Of a stretch of 64,000 bases of DNA, positions 1-14,100 are shown in pieces. Below the pieces are notes generated by a model. That model had not been told where the DNA came from and ran no database searches. It was given only the letters and a program-made list of their open reading frames with translations. The position numbers and the translations under genes are program-made. Where the stretch lies: assembly GCA_030704615.1 (NCBI GenBank), contig CM060731.1, positions 11,284,001 through 11,348,000 of the forward strand, read 5' to 3'. Positions within the stretch are counted from its first letter, which is position 1, and each line of letters opens with the position of its first letter. Origin of the DNA: Takakia lepidozioides (taxonomy: Eukaryota; Plantae; Bryophyta).

Positions 1-675
1 TGAGTGGGCTTAAGCGCAAGGTTCCATGGGCACTCTCAATTGCCCCCCAAGAAACCGCTCCAGGATGGAATTGCCCCTTCAAAACAGAAGTGGGGTTCCA
101 TGGACCAGCCCCCTCCGGAAAATGTTCTGCCCTTCTAATCTTAAATCCACTCCCTTCTTTCCACAGCCTGGCAGAAGAAAGAAACGGCTGCTGCTGGCCT
201 TCCCAAAAAAGAAGGAAAAAAAAATGGAATGTCTTATGTTGAAGATGGCTACTAACTGCTCCATGTTGACTAAAATGAAATTGTTGTATCCTCTATGAAG
301 AAAAGCTTGTAAATTATTTTATGAAAAACAGAAACCCAAAATTGTCCATGGACCATGTTGCTCACAAAAGTCAGGCTACATATTTGAGATTTCGATTGTT
401 GATTGTGAGGAAATCCCTAGTTTCACAGGTCTATGATGGGATGAATCCATCCCCCCCTTTCTTATCGCACAGTAGCCTTAGATACCCTTGCCCCATGAAG
501 GTTTCATTGCCATCATCAACTCAAATGACAAGGCACAACTTCAGAAAACATCTTACAACTTCTTCGAAGACAAGTGTCTTGTGTAGGCTTCCAACGACTC
601 CAGGTCCTCAAAACAGAAAGGAGACTACCATGGTATATTAGAGAAAGAAATAAGACAAAAATGTACGTTACTCAT

Positions 676-830
676 GGCCATAGACCCCACGCATAGTTTG
701 GGTGGAAGAAGAGGGAACAGACATTTGTGATGAGCTCAATGAGGGTACCTTAGTTATATAAACAATTGGTTTGGGCTTTCCAGACTTCCTCTAGAAAGCG
801 TTTTACACAAGCATCAATCTGTTATATGCC
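676..830 (+). repeat. Diverged dispersed repeat; second copy at ~4446-4612
   Basis: Shared blocks catagaccc / tttgtga.gagct / tataaaca.ttggtt / ctttccaga.ttcctctagaaa / acacaagcat..atctgtt occur in the same order. Confidence 0.55.
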
Positions 831-3800
831 AGCAATTATACCCTAACAAAACCCACGGCTTAACCCATGAGTCCACCATGGCTCAAGCTAAACTTGCATC
901 TAAGACCTGCTTACATTAGCCAAAACTACAAACTACTTTGCAGAAATCGAAATATTGCACCAAAAAATCCAAGCTAATTGGATCCTGCTGAGAAGTGATA
1001 AAGACACTTCAGATAGGATGCATGTCATCCACCATGTGTTATGAGGCTTTTGCTTGAGTCACTATTCACAAGAATTACAGGAATTTCAGTACAAGCAAGG
1101 CCCATGGGCGCCTGGTTCTTGATAACAAATAAAACCAACTAAGATTTCTATCACCTGCAGCCTATTTACAAATGCACAGTACCGGGCTGCTCTCCCGGTC
1201 CACCCAACCACCGCACCGTGCTATCTATGTGTACATCATTAGGCTAATTTAAATCTGCTCAAGCCTGTCACAGCACCATCTCAATTCCAGTTTGTGATCT
1301 CACTCCATTCTCTCTGTCCTTGACATCAGAAAATCCCTAGCCTTCCATCGCCTTCATGCTCACGAACTTGCTTGCCTCATCCTGCAACTGTCGGTTCATC
1401 GAAACTCTAGCGGTCGTCGTTGATTCAAACTGGTTCACAATTCTACTTTCATTCCCGGCACCTAACAAGCTCCCCCCTCCCAAAGACAGAAAACGAAGAA
1501 TAATTTGAAAAATGGCAAAGTGGGCTTTCCTGGGCCAATGGCACAGGCTACCCTAGTGGTGATAATGACGAGAGATTCTGGTTGGCCCTCTGCCCTGTGC
1601 CCTCGCAGCAGCTTCCGCTCTCTCAGCTCGCAGTTCTGTCGAAGCTGCGAGACAACCTCTGCTCGCTCTATCTCTTTGCACGCTCTCTCTCCGCCGTTGG
1701 ATCGACGATCCAACGCCCCCCTCCCAAAAACAAACACCCAAACTCAATTATTTATTATCCAGCTTACATGTGTGATAGAGTCCCGGGGATATTTACTTGA
1801 AAATTCTTATATGTTCTAGACACTTTTTTATATTATTTTGTACTTGATAGTACTTTTGCTTATCCAAACCCCTATACCCTGAACCTCATTCAAATGTTTG
1901 AAGTTCATTCAAATCATTTTTCCAGCTTTGGATATAATACAATGATTAAAATATCATTTGATTGAATATTTTTATAGGTATGCATAAACTGTCATGCATA
2001 ATTTTGTGTGATTCATACTTTTACTTTTCCTAAACTTTATACCCCTAAAACCTTATATCCATGTTTGAAGCTCGTTAAGGAAATAAATTCCTTCTTTGGG
2101 ATACAATGCATTGAAAGTTGAGATATTTGATTGAAAGTTCTTATAGGTCCCATGCACTGTTGTTTTTTTGTTTCATTGATATTTTTTCTTATCCTAAACC
2201 TTACAAAACCTCATATCCCGAATCGAGTCATTGAAAAGTATAAATGTACATTAATAGTTTTGGAGTACATTGATACAATGGTTTGGATAAATTATTTCGA
2301 TTGAAAATTTTTAGAGGTTCCATAGATTCTTCCACTGTTGATTCGGATTTCTCATGTGATTAAGACTTCTTGAGATGTCCCCTACCTAACTATTTGCATG
2401 TATTGGTTTTGTAATCATACCTGTCATACTCTTATTGTAATTGATTTAGGGGGATCTATAAATTTGCTATGGATAATTGCATTTTCTTTTGTACTTATGG
2501 TTGTTTACCCTCAATATTTGACTATTCATTATGTCTAATAAATATTTGGTCTTAGAATAGACTATAGTAGATGATAGTAGACTAAAGAGGTTGAGTTTGA
2601 AGGATCTCCTGTCCTCTCTGTTTACCAAGTTTTTAGCCCTGTCGCTGATTTGGATGTTGTTTTGTGTGTCAAGCGTTTATCTTAGGTTCCAGCCGAGGAT
2701 GGATATACAGACCAACTTACCGCAAGGGCCATCTCGGCTGACCTGGGAAGAGAGGTTCCGCAAGCTAGTTCTTCTTTTCGGATGACGCTGTTGGGGAGTC
2801 ACTCTGAGACTCGAGGACGAAGATGGATAGAGATTGGTCCTTTTTCCGAAGGGCTTGTGCAGTTGAGCCAACTTGTTCATGTGAATTGGTTTCAATAAAG
2901 AATATATTATGGGCTGGAGATGGGCTGGTTGATTAGTACCTAAAGCAAGGGACTTTAATATGTATGTACATTTTGTTATTGATGTTGTAATAAACTACTG
3001 CTGACATTTTGAGATGTAACACGATAAGATGTCTGCCTGATCTTATTATATGTTTTTGTTAATGTAATTATGTTAGTCTCATATATTTAGACACGTGGTG
3101 ACGGAGATCTCCCTTGCTTGAGTGGAGATGTGGAGTTTCGGATAGCAGACAATGTTTGGCAATTTTTTGTAGACTACACAGAAGTAGTTTTGTGAGTGAC
3201 AGGAGGTCTCCTGTGCTAGGCTGCTAGTGAACAATATAATACTAGTTATGTAACTCTGATTTTCTTTGTCATCAGAGATGGATCTATGTGAAGAGCAATA
3301 TTTATTAAATATTTACGATAAAATTAATACAATCATTTTAATTGGTTTTCAAAGTAAAATTTTATGTTATGTATAGATATCTATATATATGATCTTTGAT
3401 TTGTTTTTTCCATAGGATGATATGAACTGTCAATGAAGCTCAAATAATTTCAATGTTTGTTTCCATTTTTTGTCAGTTTTGGACTGTAATCACTATACGA
3501 TGTGGTTGACGTCTATATTCTTTTTATATAATCTTTGTGAATGTCGACATTAGAGTCAAAGTTTTTTCAACTTGTCCAACATCCGCGAATATTTCTCTGT
3601 GAAGTATATATGACTAATTTATAAGGATACTAATGTATTAATAGTGAAATAAAAACTATTTTTGGATTTAATTTTTTTTTATTTACTTATTCTTATTTCT
3701 GGACTCATCTCAAATCCGAAATTAGGTGAGTCAGGTGAGGATGGCAGCGAATTGGTCGTGGCCCCCAACAACATTGCACTTAGGGCCAAAACATTTCCTA

Positions 3801-4214
3801 AGAATTTACTAAATTGTTTAAATTTCTTTTACATTGTGGGGCATTGGCATGGCACCCACACATCTACCGTCCGTTTTTAAAAAAAGTTAGGAAACTCCTC
3901 TCACCATTCAATTTTCCACCTTTTATACCCCCACATTGGAATTTGTGGATCTCCAATGAATGAAAATGACAATTTATTCTGGTCAAACCATAATTTTGTA
4001 GGAGTATTGTGTGGGAGCTCAAATTCAAGGTGCACAAAGGCATTATAATATCTCTATTTCTATGGTGGAATCATGCCAAATTTGGAGGTGTCATGCATAA
4101 CCAAGCTAGGTACAATGTTGTTAAATTCACTGGATATTAAAGAAACTTCATCTTATCTTTATGGTTGAAACTTGAAACCCGTGGATAAGATAAAAGATAA
4201 AGATTCTTTAACGT

Positions 4215-4345
4215 CCAGAGCCTACTGCTCAAGACACAGGCCATCGAGGGCCCAATGGACGGTCTGAAGGCACATGTTGAAGGATTGAACCCAGGATCAC
4301 CCAGGTTATGCACAGGCAAGGCACAAACACCCAACCACTGGTGCC
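4215..4345 (-). mobile_element. tRNA-derived SINE-like repeat, copy 1
   Basis: Reverse complement contains gccttgcctgtgcataacctgggtgatcctgGGTTCAATCCttcaacatgtgcc (B-box); homologous to 9472-9595. Confidence 0.6.
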
Positions 4346-5438
4346 TGAAAGGTGGTAACTAGTTATGGGCATTTTAGTCTTTCAGGGTACCAAAAATGGC
4401 TAAAATGTTGAAAACGGGCTTGGGAAATTAAGGGTTAACCTTGTCACCATAGACCCAGGGGGAACAAGAGGACCCCCTTTGTGAGGAGCTAGCTCCAATA
4501 GTGGAACCTACCTTCCTTCTTGGTATACTTACACTATAAACAGTTGGTTCCGACTTTCCAGATTTCCTCTAGAAAATCATTCACACAAGCATGGATCTGT
4601 TGTGTGAGCCGCCGATCAATTAGACTTGAGCTTTTGAACGTTGATGAACGGCTGAGGTGCAGGGACTACTTATGTTCTTGTCACAACCGAGCTACCGACC
4701 GAGTGGCCGAGGCGTATCATACTTACTTTATTGTGAGAGTATAATAGAAGTAACGGTCAGAGAACACGAGTACATCACCACTACTAACTACTAAGTACTT
4801 AGTACAGCGGAGAATGTGTCATAAAGGCCCTCACCGCGCACTGGGCTGTACTTCAAAGTTCAACTACCCGGTGTGGATTCAGGGGTTTAAGGGATTCCGG
4901 GAAGGATTCCCTCCTTGTTCTTTGTGTTCAAGCAGTCCTTCCCACGCTGAGCTGGGCTCCAGCTAATTTTATATCTTGCTCGTCTGCATTCAGGCGGCAA
5001 GGATGGCAGACGATGGTACGTGGCTCTTCAATTCTCTTTCTTCACATCTATTTTCACTCGCACTTCTCTCGTCGGCGAGGCTGCCAGGGATCCCGAGTCT
5101 TTCGGTTGCCAGCATCCATATTTCCGTGTTGGGTTGCAGTTGGGGTTGCTGCAGGGTCTACGTTACTTCGTTTCTCACGTTTGTTGCTGTCGGACTTACA
5201 GCCTGCTGTGTTCAGCTGTGCTTTCTTTCAGAAGAAGTAAGATCGAGGGGGTATTAGACTGGTTGGAGCTGAGAGAAGAGGAAAAAAAAAAAATTGTTAT
5301 GTCCGAGAGAGCGAGATTGCAGAAGAGGACTTCAGAGAGCCGAGGTGAAGCAGTTGACTATAAACACAAAACCCACTGAACGCGACATAGATAGACGGGA
5401 ATCACACAGACAGTAGAGGTTGTGAGTACCGGAGGAAA

Positions 5439-8400
5439 ATGCGGGAAGGAGGAGGATCGTGGGGGCAGAAGTCTAGGGTGCTAACGCTTCCGTGCCTGTG
5501 TGTGGCGGCTGCCACACTGGCCCTCGTTCTTGGTATCGTAATCACCCCTTTCGTCTTGGGCACCTCACGACAGGCCATCGCCATTAACGATCTACCGCAG
5601 CTGACCAAACCAAAAAATGTTATGGTAGGGCTCACAGGAGTATTACCATCTCTCCCCACCAACCAGATCGTGGAACCGTTCCCATCACGAATCGCAGGTT
5701 GGTGAATGTTTTCTTCTATGTCATATGTGCACGATGTAGTTGAGTGTTAGTAGCTCGATGCTTTCAAGCAACAATGTCATTCAGCTGGAAGGTGCAGCTT
5801 TTTCGAAGATTGAAAAAAAAAATCGAAAACGGAAAGTGTGCAAAGATATGTCGAATTCTTGATCCCGGCCGTCCCAGACTTGCATATCGGAGGAGTCAAT
5901 CATTTTCCGACTCGGTTTATCCATCCAACTCTCAAAAACCAGAGACATGGAAAAGACCCCCATGTCACAATTGGGAGAACTCTCTAACTAAACATGCATC
6001 TCCGCACTCGAAAATTGCAACCGTTTTGCCAGTTTGTCGATCTGGGCTCATTGATCGAACCACTGCAGGATCGGGCCACACACCAGACGGTCTTCTTGGC
6101 GAAACGTTGTTGTCGGGCAAGAATGGTTCTGTGCTGGAGCTGCATTCTGATTCAGGTCTGTTACTCTTCCTCAAATACAGAGAAGACCTGAGCGAGAGAC
6201 ACAGACACAGAGAATGTACTCATAAGACGTCGTTACCTTCTTGTGGCCATGGACCCTGCGCCCACTCTGGGCGGAACGAGAGACAGAATCCTGCTGCAAA
6301 GCAGATAGTGCAAGGCCCAGGAGTCCATGAACTCTTGTTCTGAAGTACTTTCAGCCTTGAAACAAGACGTTTGACTTTTCTTAATGAAAATCAGTTGTAT
6401 GGACCCCAGGCATTCTTATATGTGGGACTGGCACTTGGAGGTTTGGGAGCTCTGGACATACACTGGCTACAGCAAAATTTAACATGAGCAGAAAAGGGTG
6501 GCTAGGATTATCTACCTTTCTCTAACTTATTTTAAGGTTCCTTGAGCTTATAGCAACAAGGGTTGGAAATGACAGGTCCTGACTGTCGAAGTGGAAACTG
6601 CAAATGTGTTGGCCTCTATGAATTGGGATGGTTTCTAGGTTGATAGTCAAATGAGTTGTGAAGAAACAGAACCGGGGGTTTGTAGGGTCAAGGGAGAAGG
6701 GAGGCAGTTTTCCAAAGTGAAGGATGCGAGATAGCAAAGGGGTTGGGAGCATGAGTGCAGTCCCATTCTAGGCCAGCTTCAAAGGCGAGACGTACAACCC
6801 TGCCCTATGTGCTATACATCTGATGTCATCCGCATCTGTCGGAAAAGCTTTACAGGGAATGGGTATATTTTCTCTAAGCATCTACGTCCATCGGTGTCTT
6901 GCTACTAAAGTGTAAGCTCGCTGTTTGCAGACAGAATGTGCAATCTCTTCACTGGAAAATGGATTCCAGACCCTCTAGGACCTGTCTATCATAGTGGGAC
7001 ATGTCCAATTGTGACCCAGTCCCAAAACTGTCCGGGCAATGGAAGGCCTGACACCGGCTATGAGAACTGGCGATGGAAGCCCACCGACTGTGACATACCC
7101 CGTTTTGATGCCAATGCTTTCTTGGAATTGATGCGTGGGAAGACCCTGGCATTTGTTGGGGATTCAGTTGCCCGAAATCAGTACGAATCCCTCATTTGTA
7201 TGCTGTGGCAGGTACAATCTCTCCCTCTCACTTTCTTTCTATCTTTCTATCTATCTATCTATCTTTCTTTTTAGTTCCGGTCAAACTGGGCGCGGGGTCA
7301 ATGGCCACAAGGCTATGGCAAACAACATCTTACGAGTACATTCAGGTTATAAACATTACTGCATTTTAAGTTTCCTGTGGTCAGTATGAAGTTCATTCCT
7401 TTCCTCCTTTTCTCCCTCTACCCTTTTTACTACTTCCAACATGCCCTTGAATTCTCAATTGCTTATGTCTCAACAATGTGGCCATCTACCACAGTCTGAG
7501 GTACGGTTGACATGGCATGAAACAAGTCCACCCCAAAGTCTAGAGAGTTCCAAGCCATCAATTGCCACAATCCATCCTTTCTTTTCTACCTGCAATGTGC
7601 TGAAGTCTTCCTTGTGCTGAGAGCGAAAAATGGCAGAAGAGAGAGTGACAAATCTTGGGATTAGGGACGTCATGCTTAAATTGCCTCATCTTCCCCCACT
7701 TCCCCCTTGACCAAAATCCTCAAATGAACCAGATGTCATGTGCTGCAGCATTTAAACCCATTTGCATTTTGGACGGAGCAGAAAAAGTGGTCAAAGGGAA
7801 AATGGGAAGAGACACACAATTTTCTTCGAAGTTGACACCTTGACACATCTCCTGTGGTTTGATTGCAGTTAGAAGGTTGCTGCATTTCCTCACTCACGAA
7901 GGTTGTTAGTAAGGTGTTTGGTTTTCAATTTGTTCTGGGGTGCCTCCACTGGGAGAGGGGAGAGATCTGCTTTGTATGGCTTGCATATGGCAAGAGCCTG
8001 CTCCTACCTAGTTACATTTAGTGAAAGAGGTAGGAAGTACTGAGCCATTCTGAGCTGATTTTTGTCGTTGGCTTCCACCACAATACAGGTTCAAATTCCA
8101 CGTTTGAAGGGAAACAGTAAAATGCAGATATGGGTCTTCGACTCTCATTCCTTCCGTGTCATACGCCTCTGGTCATCTTGGCTGGTTCGCACTTCTGAGG
8201 AGGCAATCGATTTTGCACCTGCAAACTTGACCAAGCTTCACTTGGAAGAACTTGACAACAAAATCATTGAAGCTTTACCAAGATTTGATGTGACAGTGGT
8301 TTCATCGGGTCACTGGTGGCCCCGGAAAACTGCATACATTCTTGATGGTAAAGTTGTGGGTGGACAAGGCTGGTGGACTGAGGGACATGTGCAGGAGTAT

Positions 8401-9097
8401 GATGCAATGTCTGGGTTTGCTGTTGCTATGAAGACTGCCATGAAGAGGATAGTCTCGCAGCCTAACTACAAGTAAGTTTTTCATGCAGCTAAAGTTTGTC
8501 TTAGTCATGGTCTGGCTGTCCCCTTCAACTTTCTGCCCCTCACAAAATGCACCTCTGCATAGTGTCTGTGGTTAGATACTTGCAACAGGTGGCACTCCTA
8601 GTCTGAAATGGAGCAATATACTTAAGTTTGCTGACATGTGATTGTGTGCTCTTCCAGTGTTTTTAACGATATTATCGCAATGCCGCAGGGGATTGACGAT
8701 TCTCCGAACCTACTCCCCAGATCATTACGAGAAGGGCGAATGGAACACTGGTGGTTCATGCACTGGAAAAACACAACCATTGACAGATAAACAGCTACCA
8801 CAGAACAAACACACAGACATGATGCTCCAACACCAGCTTACGGCCTACAAGGAGGCTCTTCAGATCATGGAAGGCAAGCCCTCAAAGCTGAGGCTAATGG
8901 ATATAACATCAGCATTTGTGTACCGAGCCGATGGGCATCCAGGACCCTACAGGAACACTGATCCCAACAAGATCACCAATCGAGGGCCCAAGGGTCAACC
9001 TCCTCCTCAAGACTGCCTGCACTGGTGTATGCCTGGGCCCGTTGACACCTTCAACGTGTTCTCCTTTGAGATGCTCAAAAGGGAGTTTTTGAGCTAG
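5439..9097 (+). CDS. TBL18: Trichome birefringence-like (PMR5N + PC-esterase) polysaccharide O-acetyltransferase, TBL17/TBL18(YLS7) type; join(5439..5697,6931..7211,8089..8471,8689..9097), 443 aa
   Basis: N-terminal TM helix; CNLFTGKW..NC..NGRPD.GYENWRWKP; GDS motif (GDSVARNQ); C-terminal DxxH (QDCLHWCMPGPVD). Three GT-AG introns with compatible phases (1,0,2); 1332 nt in total. Confidence 0.93.
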
Positions 9098-9471
9098 CCT
9101 TCCCTCACTCACCTGCACAGAAACTAGGATCTGCAAGCCAGTCTCTCTCTTGCACAAACACCAGCATTGCAGCATGTTTGTGCCATTTAGTGTTTTGTGT
9201 GTGCACTGTTCCACCCAGAAGGGTGCCACGATGCTGTGCACCCACGCTAGCTTCTGAGCTGCACAGCTTTTAGCCCACATAATTTTTAGTGCATACACAC
9301 CAAGCGCCGGGAAGAACACACCCCAGCTACACCACACAAATTCACTTACAAGCCCATCAAAGAGTGGGTCTGTACACATCTTTGTCAAGGATATTCTTCA
9401 AAGTTGTCCACATTTACAGACAATTGTATCTTTGGATCACTTTCTTGTGGCATTGCATAGTTCTTTCTTGA

Positions 9472-9595
9472 GCCGGTAGTGTGGGGCCTTGCCTGTGCAT
9501 AACCTGGGTGATCCTGGGTTCACTCCTTCAACATGTGCCTTCAACTGTCCATTGGCCCCTCAATGGGCTGCGTGTTGAACAGTAGGCTCTGTAAA
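9472..9595 (+). mobile_element. tRNA-derived SINE-like repeat, copy 2
   Basis: Inverted homologue of 4215-4345 with B-box-like GGTTCACTCC. Confidence 0.6.
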
Positions 9596-12479
9596 TCCAC
9601 TGGAAGTTAAACAAGCGGCTAGTTGCGAATGGCTCCTCCCAGTTTTGAATAGTTAAGTTTACTTTCATCCATAATAAACTTGAGAAAATTATCAATTTAT
9701 TCTTCATAAATTGATCAATAAGAGAGATGTTACTTAAGGGAGGTGATACCTGGAGGTGACACCTGGGGAAGACACAACAGGGACTTAGCGATTTTTGACA
9801 CTGATGCGTAGTCTCCTCTTTAGAATAAAGAGGAGCCATAATTTTACCTTACTTTTTGTTTTTTTCTTAAAAATAAGAGGGGATACTTTACTTTTCTTTC
9901 TCAACATAGCTGGTAAATAAGTAACAATGCATCTGTACTAATAAGCATAATTGTCTAATATTCTCTGAGAGTGTAATCAATTTTACCAACTGACCCATTG
10001 GTCAACATGACACTTGAACACGTGTGAAAATTGGGAGAGCCAATATGATTTTTTTTTCTTTAAATCCAAAAGGACTCGATAAAGCTCTCAAGAGATTCAA
10101 TCCTCCCCTTTTCACCGAAAAACAAAAAACAAAAAAACAAAAGTGAAAAAATATGTATTTTAGAGAGCACATGTTGCATTAATTGGAAATTGAATAAATT
10201 TATTTTAATAATAATGATAATAATAAAGATAATGCATGTGTTGTCGTATTCAAGTTGCCCCTCATTTCATGAGGCCACCCACCCAACTTGGACAGATGAA
10301 TTGCAATGATCACAAATACTTGACTGCAAGCAAATTCAAATACTGTGTAATAATAGAAACTGGGACAAACAAATGTATGTTCCATTTCAATTTGGAGCAC
10401 CAAAATAGCACCAAAATAGTTTAAATAAACTCCCATCACACCAAAAACGGTATGACTCTTCCAAATATATTTTTATGATATACATTATGCATGCCTGAAA
10501 CAATGCACCAAATATAATATTCGTGACCCAAAATGGTGATTCCAAAAATTGCAATATAACAATATAAGTAAAAACAAAACAAAAAACGAAAAGTAAGAGG
10601 ACATGAACTGGTATGGACTGTGGACTAAATCTGAGTGACAGCCTGGGTCAGACCTAAACTGGGCGGCGGGCGCCAGCTTTCATTCTACCCACTAAATTTG
10701 GCGGAGCTTGGCGCTCGACGGCGGAGTCGAATGGGAGCACAGCGGCCCACATATGCAGAGCATAATTGGCGGCGCTCCTAACTGGGATCGCCGCTACATT
10801 AGCGCTGCATGTTTCGTGTGAGCTTGCCGTTTATTGAGAGAGAGGGAGAAATGGGTGGATGAATATAGAACGGATAGATGAGGTATTTATGAAAATACAG
10901 GGATGGTAGGTAAGTTTTAAGATAGTGTGGATGGTGGGTAGATGAAATCCAAGGTTATAATCTGATGAGGCTTCTGGAGGATGGATAGAACATCTGGAGA
11001 TAATTTTAAAACAGTGAAGTACAAAAATTAAGAAAATTGATAAGGTGATGAGGCTGGCGGCATTACTTGCCATAGAAGTTTTCAGTTTCTTAAGCAAAAG
11101 AAAAAGAATCCTACAAGAAATTGGTCTGGCTAGTTTTATGTTTGATAATAACTATGAAAAAAAAATTAACTGCGTACGTAGCTTAGTATTTCAAACATAG
11201 ATCTCCAATATTATGGGCATCAAGTGGAACAAATTGTTTTTCTTACTTTCACAGATTTTTAGCTAGTAGCAAGCCTGTCTCCTCGTCATTTTATGTGTCA
11301 ATCAGCTTATTCATATCCTGTTCTTTCCCTTTTTGTGCATTTTGCTTCAGAGTAATTACAATCTTTTTAGCCCACGGGAGGGCAGAAATAAACCCCAAGA
11401 TAAAGGCAAATAGTGGCAGATGTCCTAGCCCAAAGGCAAAGAGAGACAACACACAGGAGTTTGAACCCAAACCCGCAGGCCAATGAACATGATGCCTTAC
11501 CACCCAGCCACAGCCCTGTTGTGCTCATATGTTTATTTTCAAATGCTAAGTTCTACTTGAAAAGCACATTGTTATCCTATATTAACACCTTTTGAGTAAC
11601 CACCTAGGGCTTCGCGTTGCTCCGCACTACTGGCTACGACTTCTGAGAACAACGTCCAACAACGTCCAAATAGAGGGGCTATATTCAAGTTTTAAGATAC
11701 TCACACAATAGACAGCAAAACAAAAGCATCCAAAAGAGGCACTAGTTAACCATGACTAAAACCATGACAACACGTTGCCGAAGCAAGCATAACTTATGGT
11801 ATCACTTGACCGCAAGAGATTAAATTTGGTCCAGACCAGTGTTGGGCGGATCTAAATTCGGTCCAGACAGTCGGAAATGAGCTATGACAATCAAAGTACT
11901 ACTTCCACACTAGAAATTGCATGAGACAATTGCAGGAACTCGCAAACTAAATTCCTCAGAACCAGTTGCAGATAAGCTATCCGTCAATCCATGCCCTTGA
12001 GTTTATTGGAGGGTAACAACATGTGAAATAGAGTGCAAGGTGGCAACTGCAGCCATTCAACAAAGGAATGTGATAGAAAGCTGGAAGCCCGGGTAGACGA
12101 TCTCTTGGTCCAACTTTCCCACGAGCTGCCAAGATTGTTGCAACAACGGAGGGCTTGTGCGAGCTCCTGCAAAATGCAAGGGACTGTGCTTATCACCAGC
12201 TAACACCTTCGCTTGTGCAGGTCAGCTGCCAAGCATTTCTGATCCTCATAATGGAGACTTCAGTGGGAGATTGAGATCCACGGAATAGATCAGTGGAATC
12301 TCCCACAGATCTCATAATACAGAGGGCACTAAAAGAAGAAGTGTACTTCAGTTTCAATTTCCTGGTTGTGCCTGGTGCACGCTGGGCATAGGCAGTCCTC
12401 CCATTGCAGGAAAAGAAAGAGAATGAAATGAAATGGAACTTGTAACGTCCACAGAAAGATCAAAGAGCTTATGGGACAA

Positions 12480-12600
12480 AATGGGAAAAAATAAGAGAGA
12501 TCGGGACATTGTAACAGAAAATGGATATGGTCTTCAGGCCGTCTGCACACCGGGCATTGACAATCTCCCTTTCCTCTATGCATCTGCTTATTGTTCAAAA
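12480..12600 (-). mobile_element. Possible LINE (L1) ORF2 C-terminal zinc-finger remnant
   Basis: CPVCRRPEDHIHFLLQCP matches the Cx2C..E..xH.(x4)C zf-RVT pattern; no RT domain seen nearby. Confidence 0.4.
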
Positions 12601-12900
12601 GTAGACTCCCCACCGAGTTAAAATTACACTAGTGCCAAGGCTGCCCTTCACTCATCCATGTCACAAACTTCAGGGTTTTATACCTAGCTTTTGTTCGGAC
12701 ATTCTGCACGCTTCCAAAATGACCTTGGACACGTCAGCTTCCAAGTCAGCTTCCAAGTCAACTTCATCTTAGCAGGGTCAGTTCCTCTTGCCTAATATTC
12801 AGGTACATGAAAATCTCATCTTCCCGTTCCGCCAGGACTTCACCTGTTTAATGGGGTTGGACTGGATGTTGGCAGATCCATACCTTCGTCTCCAGACACA

Positions 12901-14100
12901 AAACCAATGGCCAGCTTCTCACTGTGGTGGCAAAGAGAAAATTCCTTTTCCTCCTCCCCCACCTCATGCAATACAAAGCGTGTGTCAGGCACATACCCCG
13001 CCTCCTTCATCTGCCCAGACAATCTTCTTCATGGATTTCCTTAATTCTGGGGTGCAACTTGTCATCTACAACGAAGGAGTGCCCCCTGTTGCCAGCCTCA
13101 ATGCAGCAGCGACCTGGCTCCTTTCTAACCCCTCTGACCTTCATCATTCTTCTCACCTTTGCAGTCTCATCCCACCTGCCAACTGCAGCATAGATGTTTG
13201 ATAGCAACACATAAGTCGCCGCATCCTGTTCATCCCACTTGAGGATAGATGTTGCCGCACGTTCAGCCATCTCCACATTGCCATGGATTCTGCAGGCACC
13301 AAGCCAGGCCTTCCACACCACAACATCTGGATTGATTGGCATCTTACTAATCAAATCCACTGCCTCATCCAGTTGTCCTGCACGTCCAAGAAGGTCCACC
13401 ATACAGCCAAAGTGCTTTATTGTCGGAGTGACACCATGATCTTGACTTAGGGAATCAAAGTAGCGTCTTCCTTCATTCAAAACTGCCTTTGCATCCTTAA
13501 TGCACCCACATTTGGCACACATGTCCACCAGGGCAGTGTTCCTAATGACATATGGTACAATTCCAGCTTTGACGATGTCACCATGGACCTCTTTCCCATT
13601 TTCCAGGGCTCCCAGGCTTGCACACGCATTGCAAACACAAACGAACGTGATGTGGTTGGGCTTCACCCCTTCGCACATCATTTGCTCATAGGTCTCCAAA
13701 GCATTCGTACCACACCCATGCTTGGTAAATCCTGCCAACAGTATATTCCACGTGATCAAAGATCGTTGAGGCATTCTGTTGAACACTCGCAGGTGAGCAT
13801 CCATGATGCTCCTGCACTTAACATACATGTTGACAAGGGTGTTGAGTAGAAAATCTTTTGGCTTGAATCCACTTTGGATAATGTCATGAGTGTGCACCAG
13901 CTTTCCAGCTTCAAGGCCTTTCATCTTGATGCACTTATGCAAGAGACAGACATATATATCTGAATCCGCTGAAATGTCTCATTGGTTTAAAGCTGTGTGT
14001 AGAGCCTCTTTCAATCTGCCTGCCTCACATATCTTCACATGCCCAGAAGTGCCAGAAGAGGCATTGTGGACTCCCTCTCTTGATCCTCTTCCAGAAGCTG
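12901..14100 (-). pseudogene. PLS-class PPR RNA-editing factor with E/E+ and truncated DYW domain
   Basis: PPR motifs (NTLVNMYVKC, WNILLAGF..HG, HFGCMVDLLGRAGQL), E domain (YVLLSNIYA..GRW), PG box (RKEPG). After a frameshift at ~13020: [25 protein letters not shown], then homology stops with no CxxC or DYW. Internal repeat deletion and an upstream stop. Confidence 0.88.

Noticed and set aside
5744-6343. 199-aa ORF
   Set aside because: Lies within TBL intron 1, non-ATG start, no recognisable domain.
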